A stretch of DNA of 64,000 nucleotides from an uncultured Bacilli bacterium (GCA_947632065.1 CANRNO010000004.1:42-64041), one strand, 5' to 3'; numbered from the stretch's first letter, positions 17,959 through 27,693 are shown. Numbers and translations: made by a program. Notes: generated from the letters alone by a model not told the origin.

Positions 17959-20328
17959 TTTATCTCTTATTTTAGCATTATTCTTATCTGTTACAAATTT
18001 AATTATATTATTAAATTGATTCATTACTTCTTCATCTGTTAGAGTTCTAGTAGGATCCATAAATGTTAGATTGAAAGCAATTGATTTTTCATCTTCTCCT
18101 ATTTTATCTCCTGTATAAACATCAAATATTTTTATTTCATCAAGTAGTCTTCCACCTGATTTTTTAATATCTTTTATTAGTGTTTCTGCGGTAACGTTTT
18201 GTTTTACAACGAATGCTACATCTTTTGTTATAGCAGGATAAATAGATGCTTTTTTGAATTTAATTGGTTTTACTTTTCTCATTAAAGCATTTAAAGAGAT
18301 TTCTGCGACATATACTTCGTCTTTTAGAGTTTTTGGATGTACTCTACCTATAACACCAATACTTTCTCTATCTAAGTATATTTTAGCACTCATTCCTGGA
18401 TGCATATTAGGTATCTCTTCTACTTGATAAGAATATCTATTTTTAAATCCTAAATAATCAAGTATATTTTCTACTATTCCTTTAATTAAGTAGAAATCTA
18501 CATTTACTTTTAAATTTTGAGATAAATTATTTATATAACTTCCACTCATAAGTATAGATATTTTACTTTCTTCTTTATATGATGCATCATAAGTTTTACT
18601 TATTTCATATATAGAAATATCTTCTACATGACGAGATTTATTGTAATTATAAACATTTATTAATGATGGTATTAGAGATGTTCTTATTACTGATTTATCT
18701 TTACTCATTGGATTTGGTAGAACTATTTGTTTTTTATCTTCGTAATTGAAAGTGTTTGCAAGTTTAGGTGGTGTTAGAGTATATGTTTTTGTCTCAGTTA
18801 AACCTAATGAACGAAGACGGAAAGATACTAGTTTTCTATATTTTACATCTCCTATATATCTACCACGTTTTAGAGGAACTCTTGGAAGTGTTGAGGCAAG
18901 ATTATGATAACCATAAAGTCTACCTATTTCTTCAGCAATATCAGCAACGTTAGGATCCATATCTAATCTACGAGTTGGTATTGTTACAGCGAATTCATCT
19001 TTATTTTTCTTATATTCAAAACCTAGTCTTTTTAATTCTACTTCCATATCATCATTTGATATTGTAATTCCAAGTAGGCTATTTACTTCATTTGGCTTAA
19101 ATGTTACTACTTTTGGAGTTTTATCTATATGGTCATATTTAACTGTTCCAGTAAGTACTTTAGCATCAGCATATTTTTCTAGTAAATGACATGCTCTTTG
19201 GATTGCTTTTTGAGTGTATTCATAACTAAGTCCTTTACCATAACGAATTGATGCTTCACTTTTTAAATCAAGTTTAGATGAAGTATATCTAATACTTACT
19301 GCATCGAATATAGCACTTTCTATTAAAATTGTTTTTGTATTATCATCGATACCAGAGTTTGCACCACCCATAACTCCTGCGATACATACTGGTTTTTCTC
19401 CATCAGTTATAACTATATCATTTGATGATAATATTCTTTCTTTATCATCTAAAGTAGTTATTTTTTCTCCTTCTTTGGCATCTCTTACTACTATTTTATC
19501 TCCTAATTTTTCTTTATCGAAGAAATGTAGAGGTTGACCATATTCTAACATTACATAGTTTGAAATATCTACTACATTATTAATTGGTCTCATTCCAGCA
19601 GCTGTTAGACGTTTTTTTATAAATTCTGGAGATTCTTTTATTTTTGCTCCTGTTACCATTTTAGCAAGATAAAATGGACATTTAGGTGTTTTTACTTCTA
19701 AAGAGAAATGATCTTCTATTTTATCTTTACTTTCTTTTATATCATCTTTTGGAAGATGTACTTCACGATTTAGAATAGATCCTATTTCATAGGCAAAACC
19801 TATATGATAGTAGCAATCATTATTACGATGTTTGTGAACATCAAGTTCATATAAAGTATCATCTAGTCCCATATATTTTATTGGGTCTTCTCCTACTGGT
19901 GCATCACTTGTCATTTCGTGAATACCTTTGTTGTAGTTTTCTTCTGTTTTTTCTTCAAGTCCTAGTTCAAATAAGGCACAAATCATACCATCTGATTCTT
20001 CTCCACGTATTTTTCCTTTTTTAATTTCAAAGTCTCCTGGTAGAATGGCACCTGGTAGAGCAACTATTACTTTTAGTCCACGACGAACATTATGAGCACC
20101 ACATACTATTTGACGTTTATCATCTTTTGTATCTACTATACAGATATTTAAATGGTCACTATTAGGATGTGGACGACAATCAATGATTTCTCCTATTACT
20201 AGGTTATCTATATGTTTTGTTTCTACTTTTTCAACGTTAACTCCAGCTTTAGTAATTTTTACTGCAAGTTCTTTTAAGTCTTGATCACTTATATCAATAT
20301 AATCTGATACCCATTCTAGACTAATCAT
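17956..20328 (-). CDS. pheT: Phenylalanine--tRNA ligase beta subunit
   Basis: 790 aa with tRNA-binding OB, B3/4, B5 and FDX-ACB domains in the usual order. Overlaps pheS by 8 nt. Confidence 0.95.
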   Translation of the reverse strand: MISLEWVSDYIDISDQDLKELAVKITKAGVNVEKVETKHIDNLVIGEIIDCRPHPNSDHLNICIVDTKDDKRQIVCGAHNVRRGLKVIVALPGAILPGDFEIKKGKIRGEESDGMICALFELGLEEKTEENYNKGIHEMTSDAPVGEDPIKYMGLDDTLYELDVHKHRNNDCYYHIGFAYEIGSILNREVHLPKDDIKESKDKIEDHFSLEVKTPKCPFYLAKMVTGAKIKESPEFIKKRLTAAGMRPINNVVDISNYVMLEYGQPLHFFDKEKLGDKIVVRDAKEGEKITTLDDKERILSSNDIVITDGEKPVCIAGVMGGANSGIDDNTKTILIESAIFDAVSIRYTSSKLDLKSEASIRYGKGLSYEYTQKAIQRACHLLEKYADAKVLTGTVKYDHIDKTPKVVTFKPNEVNSLLGITISNDDMEVELKRLGFEYKKNKDEFAVTIPTRRLDMDPNVADIAEEIGRLYGYHNLASTLPRVPLKRGRYIGDVKYRKLVSFRLRSLGLTETKTYTLTPPKLANTFNYEDKKQIVLPNPMSKDKSVIRTSLIPSLINVYNYNKSRHVEDISIYEISKTYDASYKEESKISILMSGSYINNLSQNLKVNVDFYLIKGIVENILDYLGFKNRYSYQVEEIPNMHPGMSAKIYLDRESIGVIGRVHPKTLKDEVYVAEISLNALMRKVKPIKFKKASIYPAITKDVAFVVKQNVTAETLIKDIKKSGGRLLDEIKIFDVYTGDKIGEDEKSIAFNLTFMDPTRTLTDEEVMNQFNNIIKFVTDKNNAKIRDK

Positions 20329-21379
20329 CTATTTCACTCTCCTTTCTATCAAATATTTCTGCTTCACGCAAATCTGTTTGATAAAATGTTCTAATATCAT
20401 CTATTCCATATTTAAGCATAGCAAGTCGTTCTGCTCCAAAACCAAAAGCAAAACCACTCCACTCTTTTGGATCATAGCCACAATTTCTTAATACATTTGG
20501 ATGTACCATTCCAGCACCACTTACTGTAAGCCATCCAGTATCTTTACATAAACTACATCCATCACCATGACAAACAAAGCATGAAATATCAGTTTCTACA
20601 GATGGTTCTGTAAATTGATAATAACTTGGTCTAAATCTTGTTTTACAATCATGTCCGAATAAGTGTTTAGCAATTCCATCAAATGTTCCTTTTAAATCTG
20701 ATAGAGAAATGTTTTTATCTACTAGTAGCCCTTCTATTTGCATAAATTGATGTGAATGAGTAGCATCATCATCATCTCTTCTATAAGTCTTTCCTGGACA
20801 AATCATTCTTATAGGTTCTTTTCCTTTACCTTTTAACATTGTTCTAATTTGAACAGGAGATGTTTGACTTCTAAGTAATATTTCTTCATCTTCTATATAG
20901 AATGTATCTTGAGCATCTCTTGCAGGATGTCCTTTTGGTATATTTAAAAGTTCAAAGTTATATCTATCTTCTTCTACTTCTGGTCCATCTACTACATCGT
21001 ATCCTAAAGACATAAAGTATTCTTCGATATCTTCTATTAATTTTTCTAAGATATTTGGAGCACCTTTTTTTATTTTAGTAGCAGGAAGAGAAATATCTAT
21101 TTTTTCACTTTGTAGTTTTTTATCCCATAATTCTTTTTCAATTTGTTCTTTCTTTTCCTCGATAATTGTATTAACTTCTTGTTTTAATTCATTTAATGTT
21201 TTTCCTGCTTCTTTTCTATCTTCTGGCTTTACATCTTTCATCATAGAAGAAAGTTCTGTAACTAATCCTTTTTTTCCAAGAAATTTTACTCTATAATCAT
21301 TTAGACTATTTTGATCTTTTATATTTTCTTTTTCACTTTCAATTAGTTTTTTTATCTCTTCAATTTTTTTATTATCCAT
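20321..21379 (-). CDS. pheS: Phenylalanine--tRNA ligase alpha subunit
   Basis: Class II motifs (HPARD, FRPSYYQFTEPS, GFAFGFGAERLAM). Confidence 0.95.
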   Translation of the reverse strand: MDNKKIEEIKKLIESEKENIKDQNSLNDYRVKFLGKKGLVTELSSMMKDVKPEDRKEAGKTLNELKQEVNTIIEEKKEQIEKELWDKKLQSEKIDISLPATKIKKGAPNILEKLIEDIEEYFMSLGYDVVDGPEVEEDRYNFELLNIPKGHPARDAQDTFYIEDEEILLRSQTSPVQIRTMLKGKGKEPIRMICPGKTYRRDDDDATHSHQFMQIEGLLVDKNISLSDLKGTFDGIAKHLFGHDCKTRFRPSYYQFTEPSVETDISCFVCHGDGCSLCKDTGWLTVSGAGMVHPNVLRNCGYDPKEWSGFAFGFGAERLAMLKYGIDDIRTFYQTDLREAEIFDRKESEIDD

Positions 21380-21391
21380 ATTATTTCCTCC

Positions 21392-21619
21392 TTAAAATTA
21401 AAAAAACTATAAGTTAAGGGCGAACTTAGTCCGTGGTACCACCTTAATTTATAGTTTTACTATACACTTAATATCTGTAACGGGGATATCCGTCTATAAT
21501 TTTGTTATAGAAACTAAGAAGACGAATTCACAAAACATTATTTGAGTCTTTTCACCAACCAGACTTATCTCTAAAAACAATTGGTTTTGTTACTACTTCT
21601 TCCTCATCGCTTTTAAAAC
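21392..21619 (-). promoter_or_regulatory. T-box riboswitch leader, Phe (UUC) specifier, canonical architecture
   Basis: On the minus strand: AGCGAUGAGGAAGAAGUAG (GA motif), AGAGA, GUGAAUUCGUC (UUC = + strand 21524-21526), F-box CCGUUA, T-box core AAAUUAAGGUGGUACCACGG (21431-21450), and a terminator UAAGUU/AACUUA with a U7 run. Confidence 0.9.
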
Positions 21620-21625
21620 TACTCT

Positions 21626-21654
21626 ATTATAACATATATTTTTTAATTTGTAAA
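21626..21654 (-). promoter_or_regulatory. SigmaA-type promoter of the pheST T-box operon
   Basis: TTTACA (21654-21649), 17 nt, TATAAT (21631-21626), abutting the frr stop codon. Confidence 0.6.
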
Positions 21655-22200
21655 TTATACAGTCATTAGTTCTTTTTCTTTTTCTTTTACAAGATTATCT
21701 ATTTCTTTATTGAAAGAATTAACTTTATCTTGGATATCTTTTTCTATACTTTTTTCTTCATCTTCTGCTAAATCTTCTTTTTTTACTGCTTCTAATCCTT
21801 CATGACGAATATTTCTAATAGATATTTTGCTTTCTTCTCCAATAGCTTTTACTTGTTTTATTAATTCTTTACGTCTATCTTCAGTTAAAGCAGGTATTAC
21901 TATTCTAATTGATTCTCCATCGTTGTTTGGAGTATATCCTAAGTTAGATTCGAATATTGCTTTTTCAATATCTTTAAGACATGTTTTATCAAATGGTTTA
22001 ATTAAAAGTTGTGTTGCCTCTGGTACTGAAATTGTTGCGAGTTGTTTTAGTGGTGTTTGACTACCATAATAGTCTACTGTTACTCTATCTAGACTTGATG
22101 GATTAGCACGACCAGCTCTTACTGTTTTTAATTTTTCTTCTAATGACTCTATTGTTTTATTCATTTTACTTTCTACATTTTTAGTAATTTCTGAATTCAT
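21655..22200 (-). CDS. frr: Ribosome recycling factor
   Basis: 181 aa. KTVRAGRANPSSLDRVTVDYYG...RNIRHEG is typical of RRF. Confidence 0.95.
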   Translation of the reverse strand: MNSEITKNVESKMNKTIESLEEKLKTVRAGRANPSSLDRVTVDYYGSQTPLKQLATISVPEATQLLIKPFDKTCLKDIEKAIFESNLGYTPNNDGESIRIVIPALTEDRRKELIKQVKAIGEESKISIRNIRHEGLEAVKKEDLAEDEEKSIEKDIQDKVNSFNKEIDNLVKEKEKELMTV

Positions 22201-22301
22201 ATTTTTTTCACTCCTCGTATAATATATTTTACTATAAGTTTTAAATTTTATAAAGAGAATTTTTTTAATTTATATAAAAAATAACCTAGAGGTAAACTAG
22301 A

Positions 22302-22634
22302 TTATCTATAATTTTGTTTAATAGGCATTTTGATTAATTTTTTAATTAACTCTTTTTCTTTAATTGCAGTAAATAAAAGAGTTAAATCTATTTCTATTTC
22401 TTGCATCTGTTCTTGTTTTACTTGACCAGTTTCTACTTTTTCCATTATTTCTTCGCATTTTTCATATAATTCTTCATTTGTATATTTTTCTCTTAAATAC
22501 TCTACAGATTCATTAAATAATTCACTAGAGTTTCTAAGTGCTTCTGGAAAGAATCCTTCTGCATCTAAAAAATAATCTCTAGTATAAAAGATACTTTCTT
22601 CACTAATTGAATTGTTATTTATATTTTTTGTCAT
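22302..22634 (-). CDS. Hypothetical acidic protein (110 aa from the preferred start)
   Basis: The internal ATG at 22634 has AGGAGA 7 nt upstream, and the track's longer N-terminus lacks an SD. No recognised family. Confidence 0.55.
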   Translation of the reverse strand: MTKNINNNSISEESIFYTRDYFLDAEGFFPEALRNSSELFNESVEYLREKYTNEELYEKCEEIMEKVETGQVKQEQMQEIEIDLTLLFTAIKEKELIKKLIKMPIKQNYR

Positions 22635-22723
22635 TTTGTTTTCTCCTTTTCTTAATTTACCGAGATTTATTTTATAATATTTAAAAAATTTAGTCAATAT
22701 TTATAAAAGAAAAAAGCATAAAC

Positions 22724-23554
22724 CTATTTTTCTAGGCTTATACTTTCAAATATATAGTTTCCTGTTTCCTCATCATATATAAATGTGTATTTATATTTAT
22801 TTACTTTGTCTTCATCTCTTTTGATTAAGAAGTTATCTATATCATAATCTTCTACTTCTTCACTTAATTCTCCATTAGCATCTACTTTAGTATATACTTT
22901 TTTATCTTGAGTGTTTAGGAATGCTACTGCTTCTGTTATTTCTAATTTATCTTTGGTTAGTACTGCTTTTGTTGTAGTACGTTCTATTGTTTTGGTATCA
23001 TCTGTTTTACATTCAGTACTGCTTTCTTTAAAAATACCTTTTTCTTTATCATATGTATATTTAGGACATTCTCCAAAGTCTTCTTCTGGTACTACAAAAG
23101 ATGTATTATTACCAAATATTGTTTCTAGAGCTTTTTTAAATATATCTGGTGTTAGGTCTTCATCTTTTCCTATGTTTTCTCTTTTAGCTTCATTTACCAT
23201 TAATGTATCAACATAATTTTTATCTAAGACATCTGCATCTACTTTTTTACTAGCATATAATTGCATTTCATTTTCAAAACTTTCATTACTATGTAATCTA
23301 TCTACTAAACTACTTACTAAGTAACTTTCTACATCTAACTCTTGTTTTTCTTCTTTTGTCTCTTCTTTCTTTACTACTTTTTCTTTCTTTTCAAATGGAT
23401 TATAAACTTCTACTAAGAAATATCCTGTTGCTGAGGATCCTATAATAATTCCAATTAGTAATGTTATAAAAAACTTTAAGAATGTATGTTTTTTCTTTGG
23501 TCCTTTTTCTGGTCCGAATTCATCAGCCATTTCATAACTCATATTATCATCCAT
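22724..23554 (-). CDS. Hypothetical N-terminally anchored extracytoplasmic protein (276 aa)
   Basis: ORF with SD GGAG, a single TM helix (FLKFFITLLIGIIIGSSATGYFLV), then a K/E linker and a mixed domain containing two Cys. Confidence 0.6.
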   Translation of the reverse strand: MDDNMSYEMADEFGPEKGPKKKHTFLKFFITLLIGIIIGSSATGYFLVEVYNPFEKKEKVVKKEETKEEKQELDVESYLVSSLVDRLHSNESFENEMQLYASKKVDADVLDKNYVDTLMVNEAKRENIGKDEDLTPDIFKKALETIFGNNTSFVVPEEDFGECPKYTYDKEKGIFKESSTECKTDDTKTIERTTTKAVLTKDKLEITEAVAFLNTQDKKVYTKVDANGELSEEVEDYDIDNFLIKRDEDKVNKYKYTFIYDEETGNYIFESISLEK

Positions 23555-23611
23555 ATTATCACTCCTATCATATATTATTATATATTTTTTTAGGATTTAT
23601 TTCAATGCTTT

Positions 23612-23642
23612 TAAAATAAAAAAGGACTTATTTTAGTCCTTT
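23612..23642 (-). terminator. Rho-independent terminator after the lipoprotein gene
   Basis: aaaggact (23621-23628) / agtccttt (23635-23642) with a 6-nt loop and a U-rich tract on the minus strand. Confidence 0.7.
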
Positions 23643-24157
23643 AATAATTCTTTATATCTTTTTGTAATTTGTTCTTTTTCGTCAGTACTTAAATCATTTT
23701 GATTTTCTATTTCTTTATGGTCTAACTCTTCTATTATTGGTGTTACATTTTTATCTTTTATAAGATAAAGACTTGGTATAGTAATATTTTTAATACTACT
23801 ATCTAATTTACTATTTAATAATTTAACTAGTGCTTTTTCTTCTTTTTTTCCTAATTTAGTGGGATCAAAATAATATATTTCTTTAATTTCTGAATCTATT
23901 AAGTTTTCAGTTAAGAATTTTGAAATAGTTTGTGAATTCTCATCATTACTACTTCCAAAATATATTATTGCTTTATCACTATTAAATGTTTCTTGTAGAT
24001 TATCATATTCTATATAAGAAAATGGATTATCTACAGTAACATCATATTCCATAGCAAATTTTTCCTCATCTGTTACTTCACTAGTTTTTTTAATAGAACA
24101 TCCTGTCATAAAAAACATAGATATACAAATTAATAAAATACTAACTACTTTTTTCAT
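23633..24157 (-). CDS. Putative lipoprotein (174 aa)
   Basis: Signal peptide with lipobox FMTGC (Cys20). The mature part looks thioredoxin-fold-like but has no CxxC. Confidence 0.65.
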   Translation of the reverse strand: MKKVVSILLICISMFFMTGCSIKKTSEVTDEEKFAMEYDVTVDNPFSYIEYDNLQETFNSDKAIIYFGSSNDENSQTISKFLTENLIDSEIKEIYYFDPTKLGKKEEKALVKLLNSKLDSSIKNITIPSLYLIKDKNVTPIIEELDHKEIENQNDLSTDEKEQITKRYKELLKD

Positions 24158-24170
24158 ATTTACCTCTTTA

Positions 24171-25043
24171 TTATCCGTTTATTTGATTCATTACTTCGCT
24201 TGCGAAATCTTCTTCTTTCTTTTCGATTCCTTCTCCAACAGCAAAACGTATCATTTTTTCGATAGTTCCACCATTATTTTTAACATAATCTTTTACAGAT
24301 AATCCAGAGTCTTTTACAAATTGTTGTTCTTCTAGACATACTTCTTTGAAGAATTTATTGATTCTACCTTGAACCATTTTTTCTGCGATATTTTCTGGTT
24401 TTCCTTCTGCTAGAACTTGTTCTTTAATTATTTTTTCTTCATGAGCAACTACATCTTTATCTACTAAATCACGAGAAAGTGCTAGTGGTGCCATTGCGGC
24501 AGTCTGCATAGCAACATCTCTTGCTACTTCTGTAGATACTCCTTTACATACTACAAGGGAACCTATTTTTCCTCCAAGATGTAAGTAATCTCCAAATACT
24601 TCATCATCTTGTTTTTCTATTACTTCAAAACGTCTAAAACTTAATTTTTCTCCTATTTTTGCAGTAAGTGCAACTATAGCAGAACTTACTGTTTCTCCAT
24701 TTAATTCTAAGTTCATTGCCTCATCCATAGTTTTTACATCACTATTTAAAATAGCATCTGTTAAATTATCTACAAAGTCTGTAAATTCTTTGTTTTTAGC
24801 AACGAAATCAGTTTCAGAGTTAACTTCTACTATTACTGCTTTATTGTCTTTTGTTTTTATAACACAAATTCCTTCAGCAGCGATTCTACTTTCTTTTTTG
24901 GCTGCTTTAGCAATTCCTTTTTCTCTTAACCAATCTACTGCTTTATCTTGAGAACCTTCACATGCCTCTAATGCTTTTTTACAATCAAGCATTCCTGCCC
25001 CTGTTTTTTCTCTTAATTCTTTAACATCTTTTGCACTAAACAT
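24171..25043 (-). CDS. tsf: Elongation factor Ts
   Basis: VKELREKTGAGMLDCKKAL UBA-like N-terminus followed by the dimerisation core. Confidence 0.95.
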   Translation of the reverse strand: MFSAKDVKELREKTGAGMLDCKKALEACEGSQDKAVDWLREKGIAKAAKKESRIAAEGICVIKTKDNKAVIVEVNSETDFVAKNKEFTDFVDNLTDAILNSDVKTMDEAMNLELNGETVSSAIVALTAKIGEKLSFRRFEVIEKQDDEVFGDYLHLGGKIGSLVVCKGVSTEVARDVAMQTAAMAPLALSRDLVDKDVVAHEEKIIKEQVLAEGKPENIAEKMVQGRINKFFKEVCLEEQQFVKDSGLSVKDYVKNNGGTIEKMIRFAVGEGIEKKEEDFASEVMNQING

Positions 25044-25103
25044 AATTATTCTCCTTTTTTATTTTCATCTATATACCATTATATATTAAATTTTAAATAA
25101 TTC

Positions 25104-25132
25104 AAATAAAAATTGGGTAAACACCCAATTTT
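25104..25132 (-). terminator. Hairpin with U-tract between rpsB and tsf
   Basis: aattgggt (25111-25118) / acccaatt (25123-25130) with a 4-nt loop, directly after the rpsB stop codon. Confidence 0.6.
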
Positions 25133-25133
25133 A

Positions 25134-26099
25134 TTATTTTAAAGCATCGATTAAATCTGCTTTTTTCATTGTAGAATATCCTTTAATTCCTTTTGTTTTA
25201 GCAATTTCTTTTAATTCTACTAATGTTTTAGTACTATAATCAATTTCTTCTTTTTTCTCTTCTTGTTTAGGTGTTTCTTTCTTTTCTACTACTTTTTCTT
25301 CTTTCTTTGGCTCTTCTTTTACAACTTCTTTTTTAGGAAATTCTTTTTTGTTAGGTTTGTTTGATCCTTTTTTAGCATCTTTTGCTTTATCGTCTTCACT
25401 TACGTAATCGATAATTTCTTTACCATTTACTTCAGCAATTGAGTTTGCAAGTGCTCCAATAATAAGTTTTACTGAACGTACTGCATCATCGTTTGCTGGA
25501 ATAACGTAATCTACCATATCTGGATCACAGTTAGTGTCAACTATTCCGAATACTGGAATACCTAAGATACGTGCTTCTTTAATTGCAATTTCTTCTTTAC
25601 GTGGATCTACAATTACCATTGCTTGAGGCATTCTTCTCATATCACGAATACCACGTAAATTACGATTTAATTTAGCATATTCTTTTTTAATTCCAATAAC
25701 TTCTTTTTTAGGTAAAAGATCAAATGTTCCGTTTTCTTCCATCTTTTCAATCTCTTCCATACGTTTTACTCTAGAACGAATAGTTTTGAAATTAGTTAAA
25801 GTTCCACCTAACCATCTTTCGTTAACAAAATATTGTTCTGTTCTTACAGCAGCTTCTTCTACTGCTTCTTGAGCTTGTTTTTTAGTTCCTACAAATAGGA
25901 ATTTTCCATCTTTTTCTGCGATTTCTTTCATAGCATTATATGCTTCTGTAATCTTTGCAGATGTTTTTTGTAAATCTATTATATAAATGTCATCTCTTGT
26001 TGTATAAATATATGGTTTCATTTTTGGATTCCATCTTCTTTTTTGATGTCCAAAATGAACTCCTGCTTCTAATAAATAATTCATTGATACTATTGTCAT
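25134..26099 (-). CDS. rpsB: 30S ribosomal protein S2 with a roughly 70-aa C-terminal extension (K/E linker plus Rho_N/SAP-like motif)
   Basis: The core [23 protein letters not shown]... is S2. The extension is [16 protein letters not shown]...[31 protein letters not shown]. Confidence 0.95.
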   Translation of the reverse strand: MTIVSMNYLLEAGVHFGHQKRRWNPKMKPYIYTTRDDIYIIDLQKTSAKITEAYNAMKEIAEKDGKFLFVGTKKQAQEAVEEAAVRTEQYFVNERWLGGTLTNFKTIRSRVKRMEEIEKMEENGTFDLLPKKEVIGIKKEYAKLNRNLRGIRDMRRMPQAMVIVDPRKEEIAIKEARILGIPVFGIVDTNCDPDMVDYVIPANDDAVRSVKLIIGALANSIAEVNGKEIIDYVSEDDKAKDAKKGSNKPNKKEFPKKEVVKEEPKKEEKVVEKKETPKQEEKKEEIDYSTKTLVELKEIAKTKGIKGYSTMKKADLIDALK

Positions 26100-26188
26100 A
26101 ATTTTTTCTCCTCTTTCGTTTTTTCTTCTATTAATTTCTAAAGTTTACCACTTATATAAGCACTAGATAAACCAATCCATTAATATGA

Positions 26189-26749
26189 TTATTTTAATGC
26201 ATTAATTAGGTCCTCTTTTTTCATTGTAGAGATACCTTTAATATTTTTTTCTTTTGCTAAAGCTTTAAGCTCAGCAACAGTCATTTTATCTAAGTCTTTA
26301 ATCTCTTTCTTTACTTCTTTTTTAGCTGTTTCTTTAACTGATTTATTTACTGTTACTTCTTTTGCTTTTGTACTTTCTTCTTTCTTTATTTTTCCTTCTA
26401 ATCCTTGTTTTGCAACTTTTACGATTTCACTAAACTGTTCTGGATTATGAATTGCGATTTCACTTAACATTTTACGGTTAATTTCTACTCCTGCTTTGTT
26501 AAGTCCATTTATAAACATTGAATAACTAATTTCATGTTCTCTACATGCTGCATTGATTCTTGTAATCCATAATTTACGAAAATCATTTTTTCTCTTTTTA
26601 CGATCGTTATATGCATATCTTCTTGAATGCATTACTTGTTCTTTTGCAGATTTATATAATCTGTGCTTACTACCAAAATATCCTTTAGCAGCTTTTAATA
26701 CTTTTTTATGACGTGCTTTTGTAGTTGCACCATTTTTTACTCTTGCCAT
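26189..26749 (-). CDS. rplT: 50S ribosomal protein L20 with a roughly 67-aa C-terminal extension (K/E linker plus Rho_N/SAP-like motif)
   Basis: The core [26 protein letters not shown]... is L20, which is normally about 118 aa. The extension ends [31 protein letters not shown]. Confidence 0.95.
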   Translation of the reverse strand: MARVKNGATTKARHKKVLKAAKGYFGSKHRLYKSAKEQVMHSRRYAYNDRKKRKNDFRKLWITRINAACREHEISYSMFINGLNKAGVEINRKMLSEIAIHNPEQFSEIVKVAKQGLEGKIKKEESTKAKEVTVNKSVKETAKKEVKKEIKDLDKMTVAELKALAKEKNIKGISTMKKEDLINALK

Positions 26750-26771
26750 TTTTTATCCTCCTTCTTAAAGA

Positions 26772-26957
26772 TTAAACTAAATTCTTTAGTCTCTTTTGAT
26801 CTCCTCTACTTAAATTAGATCCCTTTCTGTTTTTTCTGTTAAAACTAGTTGTTTTCTTTCCAGTATTATGTCTACTACCTGGACAACCAATTTTATAATC
26901 ATTTTTTCTTTTTTTAACTACTTTTGCTACTCCTTTATGAGTTTTAATCTTTGGCAT
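26772..26957 (-). CDS. rpmI: 50S ribosomal protein L35
   Basis: MPKIKTHKG.AK, 61 aa, located between infC and rplT. Confidence 0.95.
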   Translation of the reverse strand: MPKIKTHKGVAKVVKKRKNDYKIGCPGSRHNTGKKTTSFNRKNRKGSNLSRGDQKRLKNLV

Positions 26958-26968
26958 AATCTCTCCTC

Positions 26969-27502
26969 CTATTTCTTATCTTTTTTAGGTACTAATAACA
27001 TAGTCATTACTCGACCGTCAAGTTTTGGTTGATCTTGGATGTCTGCTAAGTCTTCTAGTCTACTTGCGAATTTTGTAAGTACTTCTAATCCAAGTTCAGT
27101 ATGAGCCATTTGACGACCTTTGAAGCGAATCGTTAATTTTATACGATCACCCTTTTGTAAATATTTCGTAACATTTCTAAGTTTTGTTTCAAAGTCTCCA
27201 ACATCTATTACTGGAGATAAGCGATATTCTTTTAATTCAGACTGAGTTGCTTTTTGTCTTTTTAATGCTTCTTTCGCTTTCTTCTTCTTTTCATATTTAA
27301 ACTTGTTATAGTCCATTATTTTACATACCGGTGGGTTATCATTTGGATTCATAAGTACTAAATCTAGGGATGCATATGTTGCGAGTGTAAGGGCATCCTT
27401 AATAGACTTAACTCCAACTTGTTCACCATTTGGACCTATAACCAAAACTTCTTTTGCTCTAATTTCTTCATTTACGAGCATGTTACCTTTTTTACTTGCT
27501 AT
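26969..27502 (-). CDS. infC: Translation initiation factor IF-3, ATA start codon
   Basis: In-frame upstream of the track's ATG the sequence reads TAA-ATA-GCA-AGT-AAA-AAA-GGT-AAC-ATG. AGGAGG lies 8 nt upstream of the ATA (27502-27500). A non-AUG start is the known autoregulatory feature of infC. Confidence 0.85.
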   Translation of the reverse strand: MASKKGNMLVNEEIRAKEVLVIGPNGEQVGVKSIKDALTLATYASLDLVLMNPNDNPPVCKIMDYNKFKYEKKKKAKEALKRQKATQSELKEYRLSPVIDVGDFETKLRNVTKYLQKGDRIKLTIRFKGRQMAHTELGLEVLTKFASRLEDLADIQDQPKLDGRVMTMLLVPKKDKK

Positions 27503-27516
27503 TTAAAACACCTCCT

Positions 27517-27658
27517 ATTTTGGAATAAAGAAAAGCGGATATATTTATATATCCACTTGAAAGCACAGAATAAAATTATAATTTTTATTTCTAGGCTTTT
27601 TACCTAACACCATAGGCGTTCAGGTGGATATTAATCTCTTTCCTTTTTTTCATTCCTG
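27517..27658 (-). promoter_or_regulatory. Attenuator leader of the infC-rpmI-rplT operon (L20-leader-like)
   Basis: About 140-nt untranslated leader with a locally GC-richer segment (CACCUGAACGCCUAUGGUGUUAGG). An intrinsic terminator GUGGAUAUAU/AUAUAUCCGC (27535-27556) plus a U-run sits about 20 nt before the infC SD. Position and layout match the Firmicute L20 leader, but no covariance model was run. Confidence 0.45.
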
Positions 27659-27664
27659 TGCTTA

Positions 27665-27693
27665 ATTATATGATAAAATGTGGTAAAAGTCAA
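27665..27693 (-). promoter_or_regulatory. SigmaA-type promoter of the infC operon
   Basis: TTGACT (27693-27688), 17 nt, TATAAT (27670-27665). Confidence 0.7.

Noticed and set aside
27561-27663. A long-range 8-bp pairing AAGCACAG / CUGUGCUU that would close the infC leader like the L20-leader long helix.
   Set aside because: The 5' partner (27656-27663) starts 2 nt after the predicted -10 box. Most of it would therefore lie upstream of the likely transcription start, and I cannot claim it is part of the RNA.
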